From: Cyanophora paradoxa CCMP329
Taxonomy: Eukaryota; Plantae; Glaucophyta
Reading direction: 5' to 3'
Length of the DNA: 64,000 bases
Assembly: GCA_004431415.1 (NCBI GenBank)
Contig: QPMI01000400.1
Span: 124,001-188,000 of the forward strand
A program made the translations under genes and the position numbers. Below are positions 1-13,000 of this stretch, piece by piece; position 1 is the stretch's first letter; every line of letters begins with the position of its first letter. Below the pieces are notes generated by a model. The model was not told the DNA's origin and did no database searches. It worked only from the letters and a program-made list of their open reading frames with translations.

Positions 1-3000
1 CGCCGCCGCCAGCGCGGGGAGCAGGCGGTCGCGGAGCTGCGGGTGGTGTAGCGGCCCTCGCGCGCCGTGCCGCCGACGTGCTCGTACTCGGGCGGGGGCC
101 CCCCGGCGCGCTTGGCGGCGGCGGCGTCGAGGGCGAGCAGGTAGCGCGCGCCGGCGACGTGGGCGTAGCGGAGGGCCGCCGCGGGGAGCTTCAGCCGCGC
201 CCGCTGCTCCCCGAGGTACGCCTCCAGCGCCGCCTCCGCCTCCCGCGCCGCCGCCGCCGCCTCCCCGTGCTCCCCGCCCGCCCCTCCCGCGGCACGCACC
301 GGCCCTCCGCGCCCCTGCGCCCCCCGCGCGCCCGTCAGCGCGGGAGAGTGGCAAGGTGGCGGCGGGGCGGGGCGCGCCGGGCGGCGGGGAGGTCGAAGAG
401 GGCCTCGACCTCTGCCGCGCCGCAGTCGGCGGCGGCGGCGGCGAGCAGCGCGCGCAGCCGCCGCGAGCGGAGGCGCGGGGCGGCGGCGGCGGCGGCGCGG
501 AGGGCGGCCTGGGCGGCGCGGGAGCCGTCGAGGAGGGCCACGAGGTCCGCCACCCGCCGCCGCTCCGCCCGCCCCGAGACCGCCGCCCCGGGGGCGCTGC
601 GCACGCGGCCCCGCCCCCGCCCCCGCCGCCTCGTCCCGCTCGTGCGCGGCGCGCCTGCGGGGCGGGGCGGTCACGCGGGGCTGGCCTGCGAGGGGCAAGG
701 GGCCGGACAGGCGGGCGAGGAGGCGCTCGAGGTCGGGGAGCCTGCGAAGGGCCGCCTCCAGTGCCCCTCGCGCCTCCGGCTCCAGCCTGCCCGCCCCGCC
801 CCTCAGAGGGGCCCCTGAGGGGGGGGCGGCGGGGCGGGCCGCTCGTTGAGGTCCTCGAGGGCGTCGAGGCGGTCCTCGATCTCCTCCACGCGCCGCAGCG
901 GCGCCAGCAGCGCGCGGCGCAGCAGCCGCCGCCCGAACGGCGTCCCCGTGCGGTCCAGCAGCTCCAGCAGCGTCCCTGCGCGGCCGTCGCGCCCCGCCGC
1001 AGCGGGGCCGGGGGGCCGCGGGGGCGGGCACCCTCGGGGCCGGCGTCGGGGTTGGAGACGACCTCGAGGGCGCGCAGCGCGGGGCGTCCAGCGCCAGCGT
1101 CGCCCCCGCCGTCCCCGGCCCCGGCCCGCCCCGGCCCCGGTCCCGTCCTCAGCGCGGTAGAGCTCGAAGCTGCCCTGCGCCGCCAGCTCCTCCTCGACGC
1201 GGCAGCGGCGCAGGTACGCGAGGCAGGCGGCGAGGGCCCCGCGGCGGCCGGCGGCAGGCCGCGCAGCGCCGCCGGCCAGGCCGCCTCGTCGGGCCCGAAG
1301 AGGCGCCGGAGGGCGTCGGCCGCCGCCGCCGGCTCCCCCTCGGCCGCCGGCAGCTCGTGCAGCGGCACCGCCCGCCCGCCGCGCCGCAGCGCCTGCCGCC
1401 CCGTCGCCCGCGCGAGGAGCAGCGAGGGGCGCTCGGGAAAGGGCGGACGGCGCGGGAGGGCGGGGAGAGGGGCCCGGCGCAGACGATCTCGGCGGGGTTG
1501 AGGCCCGTGACGAGCCCGTCGAGGCCCGTGCGGTGCTGCCGGCGGGGCCGCCTCGGCGGGCTGGGGCGCGGGGGAGGGCGGGGCGCACGGGGTCGTCGTC
1601 GAGGGGCCCGAGGGCCCACTGGGCGGTGGCGGGGTCCAGGAAGCAGACGCCGAGGGCGGCGCAGCGGGGCGCGGGGTGCGGGAGCTCGACGAGGGCGAGC
1701 AGGTGCGCCGCGTCCACCCCGAGCGCGTCCGTCAGCGTCCCGCTCGTGTACACCCGGCTCAGCTCCCGCCGCCTGCCGCGCGCTCAGCCGGGCCGAGAGG
1801 AGGGGGGCGGGGCGGGCGGGGCGGGGCGGACACGATTGCGCCGCGGGGGCAGCGGGCCTTGGCGTCGGCGGCGCGCTCGCGCTCCTCGACCTTGCCCACG
1901 CGGTAGCCCAGCGCCACCAGCTTCGTGATCGCCTCCTCCTCGCACCCCTCCATCACCCCTGCGCCCCGGGGCCCGTAGGAGGAGGGCGCGCCGTGCCGCT
2001 CGCCGGGGCGCACCGACGCAGCGCATGCGGCCGCCGCCGGTGGAGTTGCGCGTGTAATTGAGGCCCAGCTCCCGGTGGCCCACGTCGGCGTCCTGCGGCC
2101 CTCTGAGGAGGGAGGCGGCGCAGCATCGGCTGCCGCGCAGCGCGCACGTGCATGTAGAGCTCGTAGAACTTGCCTGCATGCGGGGCGTCCCTGCGTCAGC
2201 CCCGAGAGCGCGCGGGGGCGGCGGCGCGGGGGGGCCGGACCTAGCCTCGTGAAGAGGACGCAGTCAAAGCACTCCGATTTGATGGCCCTGCGATCCCGGC
2301 CCCTCGAATCAGCATTCCGCTGGCCCGGCCCCGCCCCGGCCGCCCCGGCCGCGGACCAGTACTGCTGCGCGAACTGCGGCATCGCCTTCATCGCCTCCGC
2401 CGGCACTGCCGAAGGGCTCAGACGCCCCAGCTCGGCGGGGAGGCGCTGGGGGCGGGCATGGTCGGCCCCACCGTGGATGCGGGGCGGGGGGACGTAGCCC
2501 GGGTCCCCGTAGCAGCGGCCCTTCTCGTCCCGGGACGCCTCCTTCAGCCTGCGCGCGCCGCCCGTGCACGTGGGCGACGGCCGCGGGTGCGGGGAGGAGC
2601 GCGGAGCGAAGCGGGGGCGGACCAGGCGAACTTGTTGGGGGCGTCGGAGGGGCCGCCGGCGTCGTCGTCGGCGAGGCCGGCCTCGCGCATCCAGCCGCCC
2701 ACCCGCCGCCGCGCCCGCACGAACAGCGCCGCGCTCTCCTGCGCGCACCGGAACCCGCCCCGGGCGCCCTCCCCCGCGGCTGCCCCCTCCATCTCCTCCT
2801 CCTTGAGGGCACTCGGCGGGCGCTCGCATGGCGAGGGCGCCCGGGGGGACGGGGCCGACGAGGCGTCCGACGCCCGGGGCACCGCGCGAGCTCTGGCCGC
2901 GGCCGGGGAGCCGGCCGGGGGCCCGGCGCGGGGCGCAGGGGACTCGAGCTCCGCACCACCCGCTTCGTCGGGGTCCAGGTCGATCACCTCCCGCGCCGGC

Positions 3001-3497
3001 GCTGCCGCCGCGTGCGGCGAGAGGAAGTCCCGCGCCCCGCCCGCGTCCCGCTTCTGCCGCTTGCTCTCCCGCGACGGTGGGGTCGGTTGCCGCTCCGCCG
3101 TGCGCGTACGCGACTCCGATGCTGGCGCAGAGCTCAGGCTCGAGCCCGCTCGCGGCGCCGGCGTCGCGGGCTCCTCCAAATCCCCCGCGGCAGCGGCACG
3201 CCCCGCGTTCGGCGACGTGAAGGTCTGAGCCGGTCCTGGCTTCTGCGAGGCTGCGCGCTTCGCTTGCCGGTTGCGCTCCGCTATGTCGCGCTGGGCCACC
3301 GCAAGAGCGCTCGCCGAGCTCGCTGCGCTCGCCGGACGCGGCGCGCTCAATACATTCGGCGCGGGCTGCGACGCCGCAGCGCTCGCAGGCTGCTGCGACG
3401 CGCTGGAGCTCGCTGCGGTCGGGCTTTTTGAGAAGAACGAGAGCAGCGTCGGCTGCTGCTGTACAGCCTGCGGGTTTTTCGAGCTCTTACGGGACAT
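1..3497 (-). CDS. MSH6: MutS homolog, MSH6/MSH7-type mismatch repair protein (multi-exon; 3' part runs off the left edge)
   Basis: ATG at 3497, then an N-terminal PIP box QPTLLSFF. Spliced MutS domain I motifs QQYW-AIKS...GKFYELY..DADVGHRELGL, KLVALGYRVGKVEE and RRELSRVYTSGT. Connector motif LGVCFLD and core motif LLELLDRTGTPFGRRLLRRALLAPL. Confidence 0.8.
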
Positions 3498-3674
3498 GCT
3501 CGGCTTCCTGGGGCAGCATTCGTCGTCGACAAGACTGGGGGGGGGCAAGTTTGAGGGGGGCACCGCAAATCGTGGGCGAAATGCAGGGTTGGCCGTCCCA
3601 GCGATAGCTGCAGTAAAGTTATACAGCTTGATCGCCAGTCTCGCGGTTAGCGAGCGGCCTCGCTCGCCGCCGCG

Positions 3675-5668
3675 ATGGCGACACTGCTGCTCGCGGATCT
3701 CTCGGAGAGCATGAACGAGCCCGTGCTGGGCGAGGACTCTACGCGCGCGGAGCTGGCCCAGCGCGGTGCGAGTCGCCCCCCGCCCGCCGCGGCGGCGCGC
3801 TGATGCCCGTGAAGGCCTGCTGCACTTCCTGCAGTCGAGCGCGCTGCAGCAGGAGCCGGTCGCGTTGATGACGTTTGCGAGCGACACGGAGGTGGCGGTG
3901 CCGTTCTCGCGAGACCTGCGGACGACGAAGGCGAAGCTCTTTGATCTGACGGTCGTGGCGGCCGAGCGGCGCTTCGAGCGCTCCCTCGCGGAGGCCGCCG
4001 CGTACGCGGCCTCCGCGTGGGGCAGCGATGTCGCCGTGCAGGTCGTCGTCATCACCGACTCCCCCGCCGCCCCCGGTGGGCCCCTCCCCGCCCCGCCCCG
4101 CCCCGCCCCCCCGCGGCGCCGGCCGCCGCCGACGCCGCCGGGGTTCAGGGGTGGACGAGACGCTGGCGGGCCTGGCGGGGGCGGACGCGCGGCTGCACTT
4201 CGTGGTGCTGGCGCCGGAGCCGCGGGCGCTGGACGCGCGGGGGTACGCGGAGGTGGCGCAGCGGAGCGGGGCAGCGGGCCGCACGTGGTGGACCTCTCGC
4301 GGGAGGGGCGCGCCCGCGGCGAGCCCGGCCGCCTCGTCAAGCTCGCCTTCGACGCCCTCGCCCGGCCCCTCTGTGCCCTCCCCCGCCCTCCCGCCCCGCC
4401 CCCCGCCCGCCCGACGCGCCCCGCAGACGCCCCTACCGCGGCGAGCTCCGCTTCGGCGACCTCGCAGCCGCCGTCTCCCTCTACCCCGACCCTCCCGCTC
4501 CTTCCCCCGCGCCGCCGTCGCTGAGCTCGTCGGTCCGCGCCCCCCGCACGCCCCGCCCGCCCGCCCCCCGGCGGGCGACGAGCGGGGCGGCGGGCAGGGT
4601 CGCTGGAGGCGCCGACGGAGCTGCCGCGGCGGCTGCGGGTGGCGGGCTTCGTGCCGGCGGCGGAGGCGGCGCTCTGCCCGTGCGTCTCGCGGCACCTCCT
4701 CGGGGAGGCGGCGGGGGCGCCCCCTCGGCGCTCCCCGCGCTGCTGCTCGCGCACCTGCGGGCCGAGCGCGTGGCCGGCCTCGTCGCCCTCCACGCGCCCG
4801 GCCCCCCGCGCCGGACCCCGCCTGGTTCGCCCTCCTCCTGCCTCTCGCCCCCGACAACCCCTCGGGCCCAGCCCGCCCCTGCCCCGGCCCCGTCCAGGCC
4901 GCCCCCGCCACAGGTCCCCGCCCCGCCCCGCTCTCCACGCCCGGCGCTCACGCTCTTGCAGCGCTCGGGTGGTCGTGCTGCCGCCCGGGCTGCGGCCGGT
5001 CTGGTCGCCGGCGCTCGCCCGCGCCATGACGCTCGCCGCCGCGCCGCCCCCTCCGGCCCCGCCCCGCCGTCCCCCACGACCCCGACCTCATCTCCCCTGG
5101 GGGCCCCGCCCGGGGCCCGGGCCCGCCCCCTCCCCCTTCCGCCCCGCATCCCCGCCCCCGGCGCCCCGGGCGGCGGCGCCCCCGCCGCGGCTGGAGCTGG
5201 CGCGGCCGGCGCTGAGCTACGGGGCCAGCGGGGGTACACGTACCCCTCGGCGGCGGCGGAGGCGGTGGCGGCGGACGTGGGGAAGGTCCTCCGCCTCGCC
5301 CGCGGCCTCCCCGGCAAGCGCGACGCCCTCCTCCAGGAGTCCGCCCCGGCCCCCGCCCCGCCCCGCGCCTTCTGCCGCGCCGGCCCCGACGCGCGGCAGG
5401 CTGAAGCGGCTGCGGGAGACGGCGCTCGCGTTCTGCTTCCCCGCGCTGCTCGCGGAGACGGCGCGCCTCCTCGCCGACGAGGCCGCGTGCGCCAGCCGCC
5501 CCCGCCCCGCCCGCCCCGCCGCTCGCCCCCTCAAGGGCCGGCAGGGCGCTGGAGGGGGCGGGGAACCGGGACGGGGCGAAGGTGGCGCGGGAGCACGCGG
5601 AGAGCCTCGCCAACTCGGTCGTCTCCGGCGCCCTCCGCCCCTCCGCCCCCGCCCCGCCCGCCCCCTAG
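3675..5668 (+). CDS. INTS14: Integrator complex subunit 14 (VWA domain), multi-exon
   Basis: MATLLLADLSESM, ALMTFASDTEVAVPFSRD and WGSDVAVQVVVITD match the INTS14 VWA N-terminus. ADVGKVLRLARGLPGK..LKRLRETALAFCF matches its C-terminal block. Stop TAG at 5666-5668. At least one homopolymer indel near 4430. Confidence 0.85.
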
Positions 5669-5723
5669 CCCCGCTGCACTCCACGCTGCTCCGAGGCTTC
5701 CTTTCGGGGGCACAGGGCTGGGG

Positions 5724-7320
5724 CTAGGGGTCGGGGCTGCCGGTGCGGCGGGGGACGAGGCCGAAGCCGATGAGGGAGCGCCCCATCTCGAGGAGGGTGA
5801 CCTCCAGGGGCGTGTACTCGATCCCCAGCACCCGCTTCGAGCGCTCCGCGTTCTGCACCGGCGCCGTTCGCGCGCTGGGCGCCGGCGGGGCGGCGCGCGC
5901 GCGGCGCACGATCTCGGGCTTCTTGTGGACGACGGTCTTGGCGCCCTCCCAGGTGAGGCCCGGCACGAAGGGCGAGGCGAGCTGCATGAGCCAGCCGGGG
6001 AGCTCCCAGGCCCAGACGCCGTGCCCCGGGAAGATCTGCTTGAGGGAGCGCGCCACCTCCACCGCCATCACGCTCCGCCCGCTCACGATGTGCCGCCCCC
6101 CCGCCGCCTCCGCCCTCTCCAGCGCGTTCACGTGCGCCTGCGCTCGCCCCGCCCGCCGCTATCGGCCGGCGGCGGCCCGGGGCGCGGGGGCGGAGGCGGC
6201 GTGGCGCGCCTTGGCGACGTCGCGGACGTCCACCACGCCGAACCCGATGGGGGGCAGCAGCGGCAGGCGCCCCGAGAGCACGCTCCGCACCTGCGCGCCG
6301 GCCCCGTCACGGCGGGCTCGAGGGCGCCGGGGGCGGCGGCTGCGGGGCGCGCCAGGGAGACCGAGGTCCCGTCGGCGCGGTCGCTCAGCAGCGGGCCCAG
6401 CACCAGCGCTGCCCGGCCCTCTCGCTCGGCAGGGGACGGAGGGGGCGTGTCGGGGCCCGGGGGCGGGCGCGCGGCGCACTGGGGTTGATGGTGCAGAGCT
6501 CGAAGCGGCGGTCGGGGGGCAGCTCGCGGTGGAAGCGCCACGCCTCCTCCTCGGCGAGCTTCTTGCTCAGCGAGTACGGGTTGTTCGCCTTCGTCGACGT
6601 CAGGTTCCAGTCCTCCTCGCTGTACCGGTGGCCCTCCCCCCGCTCCCCGGGGCCCCCGCACACGGCCGCGCTGCGCCGGCCCCGTCAGCGCCCGCCAGGC
6701 CCTGCGCGGCGCGGGGCCGCGTGCACAAGGAGGAGGTGACGACGACTGCGCGAGGGGGGCGCCGGCGTCAGGCGCGCGGGTGACGCTTCGGGGCGGGCGG
6801 GCCGGGGCGGACCGCGCTTGACGGAGCGGGACTTGGAGGCGGCGGAGAGGACGTTGCGGGTGCCGTCCACGGCCGGCTGCAGCAGCAACCGGTCCGCGTC
6901 CTTCTCGCCGACGGTCGTCACGAAGGGCGAGGCGCAGTGGACCACGAACTTGACGTCCTCGGCGGCCGCGTCGAAGCTGTACGGCTTCAGCAGGTCTGCC
7001 TCCACCAGCTCCACCGGCTCCGCCCGGTGCCTCTCGTGCATAGCCCTGCGCCCCCCGGTGCCCGCGGCCGTCAGCGCCCCGCGCCCACGCTGCCGCGCAC
7101 CGCGGCGAACACGTGCACGTGCGCCAGGAATCGCACAGCTACGCGCAGCCCAGGCCTAGCTACGATCGAAGCGTCCTCACCTCAGGAACTGCACCTTCTT
7201 GTCGGACGCGCGCCGGACAGTGCCCCTCACGCGATAGCCTCGCCGCAACAACTCGTCTACGACATGCGCAGCGACGTAGCCGGCCGCACCAGTTACGAGA
7301 ACCCGATCTCCTTTCGCCAT
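5724..7320 (-). CDS. NAD(P)-dependent epimerase/dehydratase, dihydroflavonol-reductase/aldehyde-reductase-like (extended SDR)
   Basis: VLVTGAAGYVAAHVV Rossmann motif; VVHCASP; PAVDGTRNVL; catalytic YSLSK; VDVRDVAKAH across a GC-AG intron (6138-6209). Confidence 0.88.
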
Positions 7321-7466
7321 ATCTCTCTTGCAGCACCGCGCGCACTTGCGTTTTTCCTCGGCCCGAGACCTAGTTGGTGAGACTGTACCCCCAGCAGCCC
7401 GGGGTACAGCCGGACAGCGCCGGCCTCTGAGCCTCAAGCGACGGCCTCTGTGCGCCCTGGAAGAGG

Positions 7467-9553
7467 ATGGAAGAGGGCGCGGGGGCGTACGCTCGGCTGG
7501 AGGAGGAGGAGGAAGCCGCAGAACCACCAGCACATCTCCTCGCGGAGTTACCGCCAGAGTTGAGAGAAGGGCCTACGTCACAGCGCCGTGCGCGCCAGTG
7601 GCCGCTCCGCGCGCATCCGCCCCTTGACGGCGACAGCGGTCGCAGGCAAGCGGCACCACAGAGGGCCCGGCCACCTGGGCGATCGCTTCTCTAGTAGTCC
7701 AGGATACAAAGATCCGTTCTTTGCGATACTCTTCCTCGCACACCTCGCCCTCGTTCTCTTTTTGAGCGTACGCCCGCGCACCCTCTAGATCTGCGCTTGC
7801 CCCGCCGCACCCGCCGCACGCTGACCGCGCGGAGCAGGTGTACAATGGCACAAAGTTTTTATGGCTACCATCAACGCCGCTGCTGAAGACGGGTTCATAC
7901 TCGCAGGTCAGACGAACTATGTCGCGGTTACGGCGCCGCGCGCCCGGGCGAGCTGTCGCGCAGGTGGTGGGGGCGCTGACGGCGTGCGTGTTCGTGGCGG
8001 GAGCGGTGAGCGCGGGCCTGCTGCTGGTGCTGCGGCTCTTCGCGCGCGGCATCGTTCTCCTCTCGATGGGGGGCACGCTGGTCGCCCTCCTCGTCCTCTG
8101 GATCTCCCTCCTCTCCTCCGGGCACTGGCTCCTTTCGTTCGGTGTCCTCAGCGGGCTGGTGGCGAACGGCTGGTACTTCTACTGGGCCCGCCAGCGCGTC
8201 GAGTTCGCGACGGCGACCCTCACCATCGTTGTCGGGGCCGTCCGCCTGTACCCCGCCACCATCGCCGTCGCCTGCGCCTCCCTCCTCGTGACGGTGCGCA
8301 GCCCTCGGCCCCCTGCCGCCGCCGCCGCCGTGCGGGCGCGGGGCGACGCGTGGGGGGCAGATGGGGTGGGCGTCGGTGTGGGCGATGAGCGCGCTGTACA
8401 GCGTGCAGCTCGCCTCCGCCGCCTCCTACCACACCGTCGCCTTCCTCTACCTCCTCTCCCTCTACTGGACCTCCCAGGGCGAGCGCCGCCTCCCCTCGGG
8501 CGCCCGCCGCCCCCGCCGGCGCCCGCGCCTGACGGGCGGCGCAGTGTTCAGCAACGTGGTGCATGTGACGGTGGCGGGGACGGTGGCGAGCTGGTACTTC
8601 CACGTGGGGGCGGCCGGGGAGGGGGACCGGCCGCGGGCGGCGGCGTGGGGCAGCCTGCGGCGGGCGTGTACGTGGAGCCTCGGCTCGATCGCCCTCGGCT
8701 CCCTCCTCGTCGCCTTCTTCCGCGCCGCCCGCGCCGCCCTCCGCGCCGCCGCCCGCCTCCGCTGGTCCCGCCCCCGCCAGGCCGCCGAGTGGGCGCTGGG
8801 GGCGCTGGAGCGGGCGGCGCTCTACTTCAACGCGTACGCCTACGCGCACGTCGCCATCTACGGCAAGCCCTACCTCGCCGCTGCCCGCGACACCTGCCGC
8901 CTCCTCCGCGACCGCGGCCTCGGTCCGCACCCGCCCCGCCCCCCTCGGCCTTGTGCGAGCGAGCGAGCGGGGCGGGGCCGGCGGCAGACGCGGTGGTGAA
9001 CGACAACATCGTCGCGGGGGTGGCGGTGTGGGGCTCGGTGCTCGGCGGCACGCTCACGGCGACGCTGGTGGGGCCGTGGGCGCGCCGCGCCGCCGACCAG
9101 TGGCTCCCCGTCACCACCACCGCCTTTCTCGTGCGCCCCGCCGCCCCGCTCCCCCCGCCGCCCCGCCTCACCGCCGCGGGGGCCCGGGGGCAGCTGGGGT
9201 ACGTGATCGTGCAGCAGGCGATGGCGGTGCTCGAGTCGGGCGTCGTCGCCCTCTTCGTCTGCTTCGCCGAGGCGCGGCCCCCGCCCGGCCCCCCGCCCTC
9301 GGCCCCCCGCCCCCCGCTGAAGGCCCCGCAGGACCCGAAGGCCCTGCAGCGGACCAAGCCGGCCGTCTACCGCCACCTGACCGAGGCCTGGATCGCCCGC
9401 TGGGGTTACCTCCCCGCCTCCGCCTCCCCCGCCCCCGACGAGGAGGCCCCCGCCCCGTCCCCCGTCGCCGGGCCCTCGAACCTCGCCCCTACCCCCGCTC
9501 CCGCTCCCGCGCCCCGTCCCGCGGGGCCTCCTACCGGCGCCGACAAGCTTTGA
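7467..9553 (+). CDS. Choline transporter-like (CTL/SLC44, PNS1-like) membrane protein
   Basis: YKDPFFAILFL, YWTSQVFSNVVHVTVAGTVASWYF, SLGSIALGSLLVA, FNAYAYAHVAIYGKPY and FVCFAEDPKAL, all recovered after splicing. Confidence 0.88.
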
Positions 9554-9846
9554 CCGCGCCGCCGAGCGGCCTCATCCCCCTGCCGCGGCCACCTCGACCC
9601 GGCCCGTGCGCGAGCCGGCGCCGCGCGCTGGCCAGGCCATGACCACCGCGACCCAGCGCCGGCGCTTGTAGAACTGTACCATGTTGTCTTATGTAGCTTG
9701 CACAGTGCGTACTTGTTTCAATTCCGATCCCGGGCTTCCCTTTGCTCTTCGCACCCGCGTCAAGCCGCCGGCTCGACGCCTGGCCGGTGGAGCTAGCGGC
9801 TTGACCTGCATCATCAGATCAGAGCCAGCGGTTTCTGGAGCGTCGA

Positions 9847-10427
9847 ATGAGCTTCCCATTTACGCGCGTCGTCGTGAAGGATGCGGGGAGCGTGAAGCAT
9901 GCGCCGTCGCTCAGGCTGTGGCGGACAATACTGCGGCGTGCGTCCCCCGCTCGCTCTGCGGCCGCGCAACACAGCTAATGCGCATTGGCGCCCGTAGACG
10001 TAAAGTTTTTGCCTCCCGACGTTCAGTGCGCCCCTTCTCCGGCACCAACGCCGCGGCCCAGGGCCGATGAAGCCTGCATCGTCTAGATCTGCGCGCCGAC
10101 GGCAGCTGCGCAGGTCGTACTACAAGGCGTACGCGAGGCAGCACTTCCTGAGGTGCGCATGCGCTCCTCCCCGGCGACCGCGGCGGCTCGCTGTCCGTGT
10201 GCGGGCTCACGGGTCGGCGCACGCGCAGCCACACGGAGGAGGCGGACGAGGAGCGGATCGAGCAGATAGTGGAGGGTGGCGAGCGCAGCTTCCGGTGGGT
10301 CCTGCAGGTCCGCCCCGTCCCGCCCCCGCCTCTCGCGCCGGCCGGCCGCCCTGGGCCTTGGCACAGGCCTTGGCCGCTCACCCGGCCGCAGAAGTACAAC
10401 GTCCAGGAGCGGCCGCCGCCCAAGTGA
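9847..10427 (+). CDS. LYRM9: LYR-motif protein, LYRM9-like
   Basis: Spliced product ...PSLRLWRTILRHVKFLPPDVQSYYKAYARQHFL..SHTEEADEERIEQIVEGGERSFRWVLQKYNV. Includes a 28-nt exon at 9998-10025. Confidence 0.75.
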
Positions 10428-10480
10428 TCCGATGTCGTGTTCAGAAATGAGCGAGTTTACTTAGCATCGTCGCGGGGCGG

Positions 10481-12887
10481 TCAGAGGGCGGCGAGGGGCC
10501 CGCCGTCGGCCATGCGGGGGCGGGGGGGAGCGCCAGGGCAGGCGTCGGAGTCGAAGATGGCCTGGGTGCCGGTGCGGGGACAGAGCCGGGTGTCGAGCGT
10601 CTCCTCCCAGCGGAGGCAGCGCCCCGCGCACCAGCCGCAGAAGTTCACCGCGCACGCGGCGCAGCTCGTGAAGGGTGCGCAGACCGTGCCCGGCGCCGGC
10701 GCCACCCCCGTCTCCGTCGGCGAGGGCGTGGCCGCCGGCGGGGCCGTGGGCGTCGGGGCCGCCGTGGTCGGGAGCGCGGTCGCCGTGGGCGTGGTGGCGG
10801 GCGTGGGCGGGGCGGTGGCGGAGGGCGTGGGGGTCGCCTCGGCCGGCGTCGGGGTCGCGGGGCCCGTCGGGAGGGCCGTCGACGTCGGGGCCGCCGTCGC
10901 CGTCGGGCTCGGGGACGGGAGGGGGAGGGCGTGGCCGAGGGCGTCGCGCTCGCCGTCGCCGAAGCCGAGGCCGTCGCCGAGGCGGTGGGCGTCCCGCTGG
11001 GGGACGGGGACGGGGCGCACGCCTCGGGGCCCGCGCCCCAGGGCGCGGGGCAGGCCGCCGCGCCCCCCGCGAGGGAGGCGCACCGGCGGGCCCCCTCCGC
11101 CCCGCACCACGCGCAGCCGCCGCCGGCCGTGCACTCCTCGCAGGCCTCGCGCCCCTCGCACTCGCTGCCCCCGCCCCCTGCCGCCCCCGCGTCAGACGGA
11201 AGGCCTGAGGGCGGGGCGGGGTGCATGCACCGGGGAGGAGGGTGACTCCGAGGAGGTCGGGGCAGTACTGCCCGTCCCGCGGGTTCTCGAACGTCGCCCG
11301 CACGGCCCGCGCCGGCAGCTGTTGCAGCCTCGTCGGCCGCTGGGCGCGGGGACCGTGGCGGGGGCGGGGGCGGGGCGGGGCGCCTCTGCGTAGGCGGAGA
11401 GGGTGCGGACGCCCGCCCAGTTGCTCAGCTCCTCCGCCGGCGCCGGCGGGAAGACCACCTGGGGCGCGATCGGGGGGGCCCGCAGGGAAAGCGGGGGCGG
11501 GGCGGGGGCGCGCCCACTGGGGCCGGGAGGCGGCGTCGGTGGCGGCGGGGTCGGGGCCGCCGGCGAGGGGCGCGAAGGAGAGGCGGCAGCGGCGGGGCCG
11601 GTCCTCGGCGTTGATGTAGAAGAGGCTGAGGCGGTTGCCCCCGACCGGCGCCCCCGTCAGGTTCAGCGCGAGCGAGCCGCCCTCGCCGATCCACCCCGCC
11701 TGCCCGGCCCCGCCCCGGTCGGAGGCGCTCGGCGCCGGCGGGGAGGGGCGGCGCGCCTTCATCCGCTGGACGCAGCCGGGGCAGGGCTCGAGGCGGGCCC
11801 CGCCGGAGAGCTCGCCCTCCGCGGCCGGCACGTCGGGCCGCGAGACGCCTGCGGCACGAGGGGAGGCTCGAGAGCGGCTGGAGGGGCGGGCGGGCTCGGG
11901 CACCGTCCTCGAGCACGAAGCGGTCGACGATGGGCGGGGGCGGCGCCGAGGGCCCCTGCGCCGGCGAGACGCGCACGGCAAGGCCCGTGGAGGGAAATGG
12001 CTGCCCGCCGTCAGCGCGCCGGCCTCGGCGCGGGCGCGGGGCGCGGGGCGGTCACGAGGGCGAGGGTGACATCGGCGAGGAGGCCCGGGGCGCCCGGCGG
12101 GGGCAGCAGCAGCTCCAGCCGCTGCGTGAGCGCCCGCGGGCCCCGGTACCGCAGCTCCAACGCCACCGCCGCCGCCGAGTCCGAGTCGTGCGCGTAGTAG
12201 ATCTGCGCCGCCGCCTCGCGACAAGCCCGCGGGCAGGCGCAGCGCTGCGTTCATCCGGCTCGCCTTCAGGCGGTGGCTCCCGAGCTCCAGGCCGGAGAAC
12301 GACGTGCCTGCCGAGCCGGAGCGCTCTCCTTCGGGCCACGCGACCTGAGTCGCAATTCAAGCGCGGCTCGCGGCGGCGGCAGCGCTCGCCAGCTCACCGC
12401 GCCGCCGCCGGAGCAGAACTCGCAATCGACAATGGTGGCCGGGGCCTCGACGTTCGCCCCCGCCTCCGATGCGCGCACGCTCGCGTCCTGCAGAATGCTG
12501 CGATGTCGGTCCCTCCCGATGCGGCCATGGCCATGGCCAGCTTGCAATTGATCTGCGCGCGGCGCGCGCGTGAACGAGGAGGCTGCCGGCGTCCCTAGCC
12601 CCTCGGAAAGCGCGGATAAGGTTCAAAGCACTTCCAGAAGGGGCTGCAGCGCTCCAGCTTGCCGCCAGGCCAAGGGCGCCGATTTCTTCCGGCCCATCGG
12701 GCACGTAGGAGGGCGAAGGCAAGCGCAGCGTGCTCAACAGCGCGAGCGCGCAGAGCGCGGAGAGGACGAGAGAGACTGCCGCGATGCGCCGCATTCGCAT
12801 TTGATCTGCTGTCACCTCTACCCCCCTCGACGACTTCGCCGCTTCGATTTGTCCCACGCGCACGGTTTCCTCATCGCGTACGTGCAT
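10481..12887 (-). CDS. Secreted or membrane-anchored protein: two CBM35/CBM6-like modules, PSI-like Cys domains and a Pro/Thr/Ser-rich stalk
   Basis: N-terminal hydrophobic helix RRIAAVSLVLSALCALALL. SEA..CEFCSGG and AAEGELSGGARLEPCPGC..GWIGEGGSL..FYIN..FENP..YCPDL resemble CBM35. CEECTAGGGCAWC and SCAACAVNFCGWCAGRC are PSI-like. Start (12887 or 12800) and last exon are uncertain. Confidence 0.6.
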
Positions 12888-13000
12888 CGCTGTGCTGTTG
12901 CGAGGAACGATCGCGGCGATGCGCGTCGCCCGACCACGGCTAGAGGGGTAGCCCGGGATTCGAACGCGGAGTAGCGACAAGCCAGCCACCTCAGATCAGC

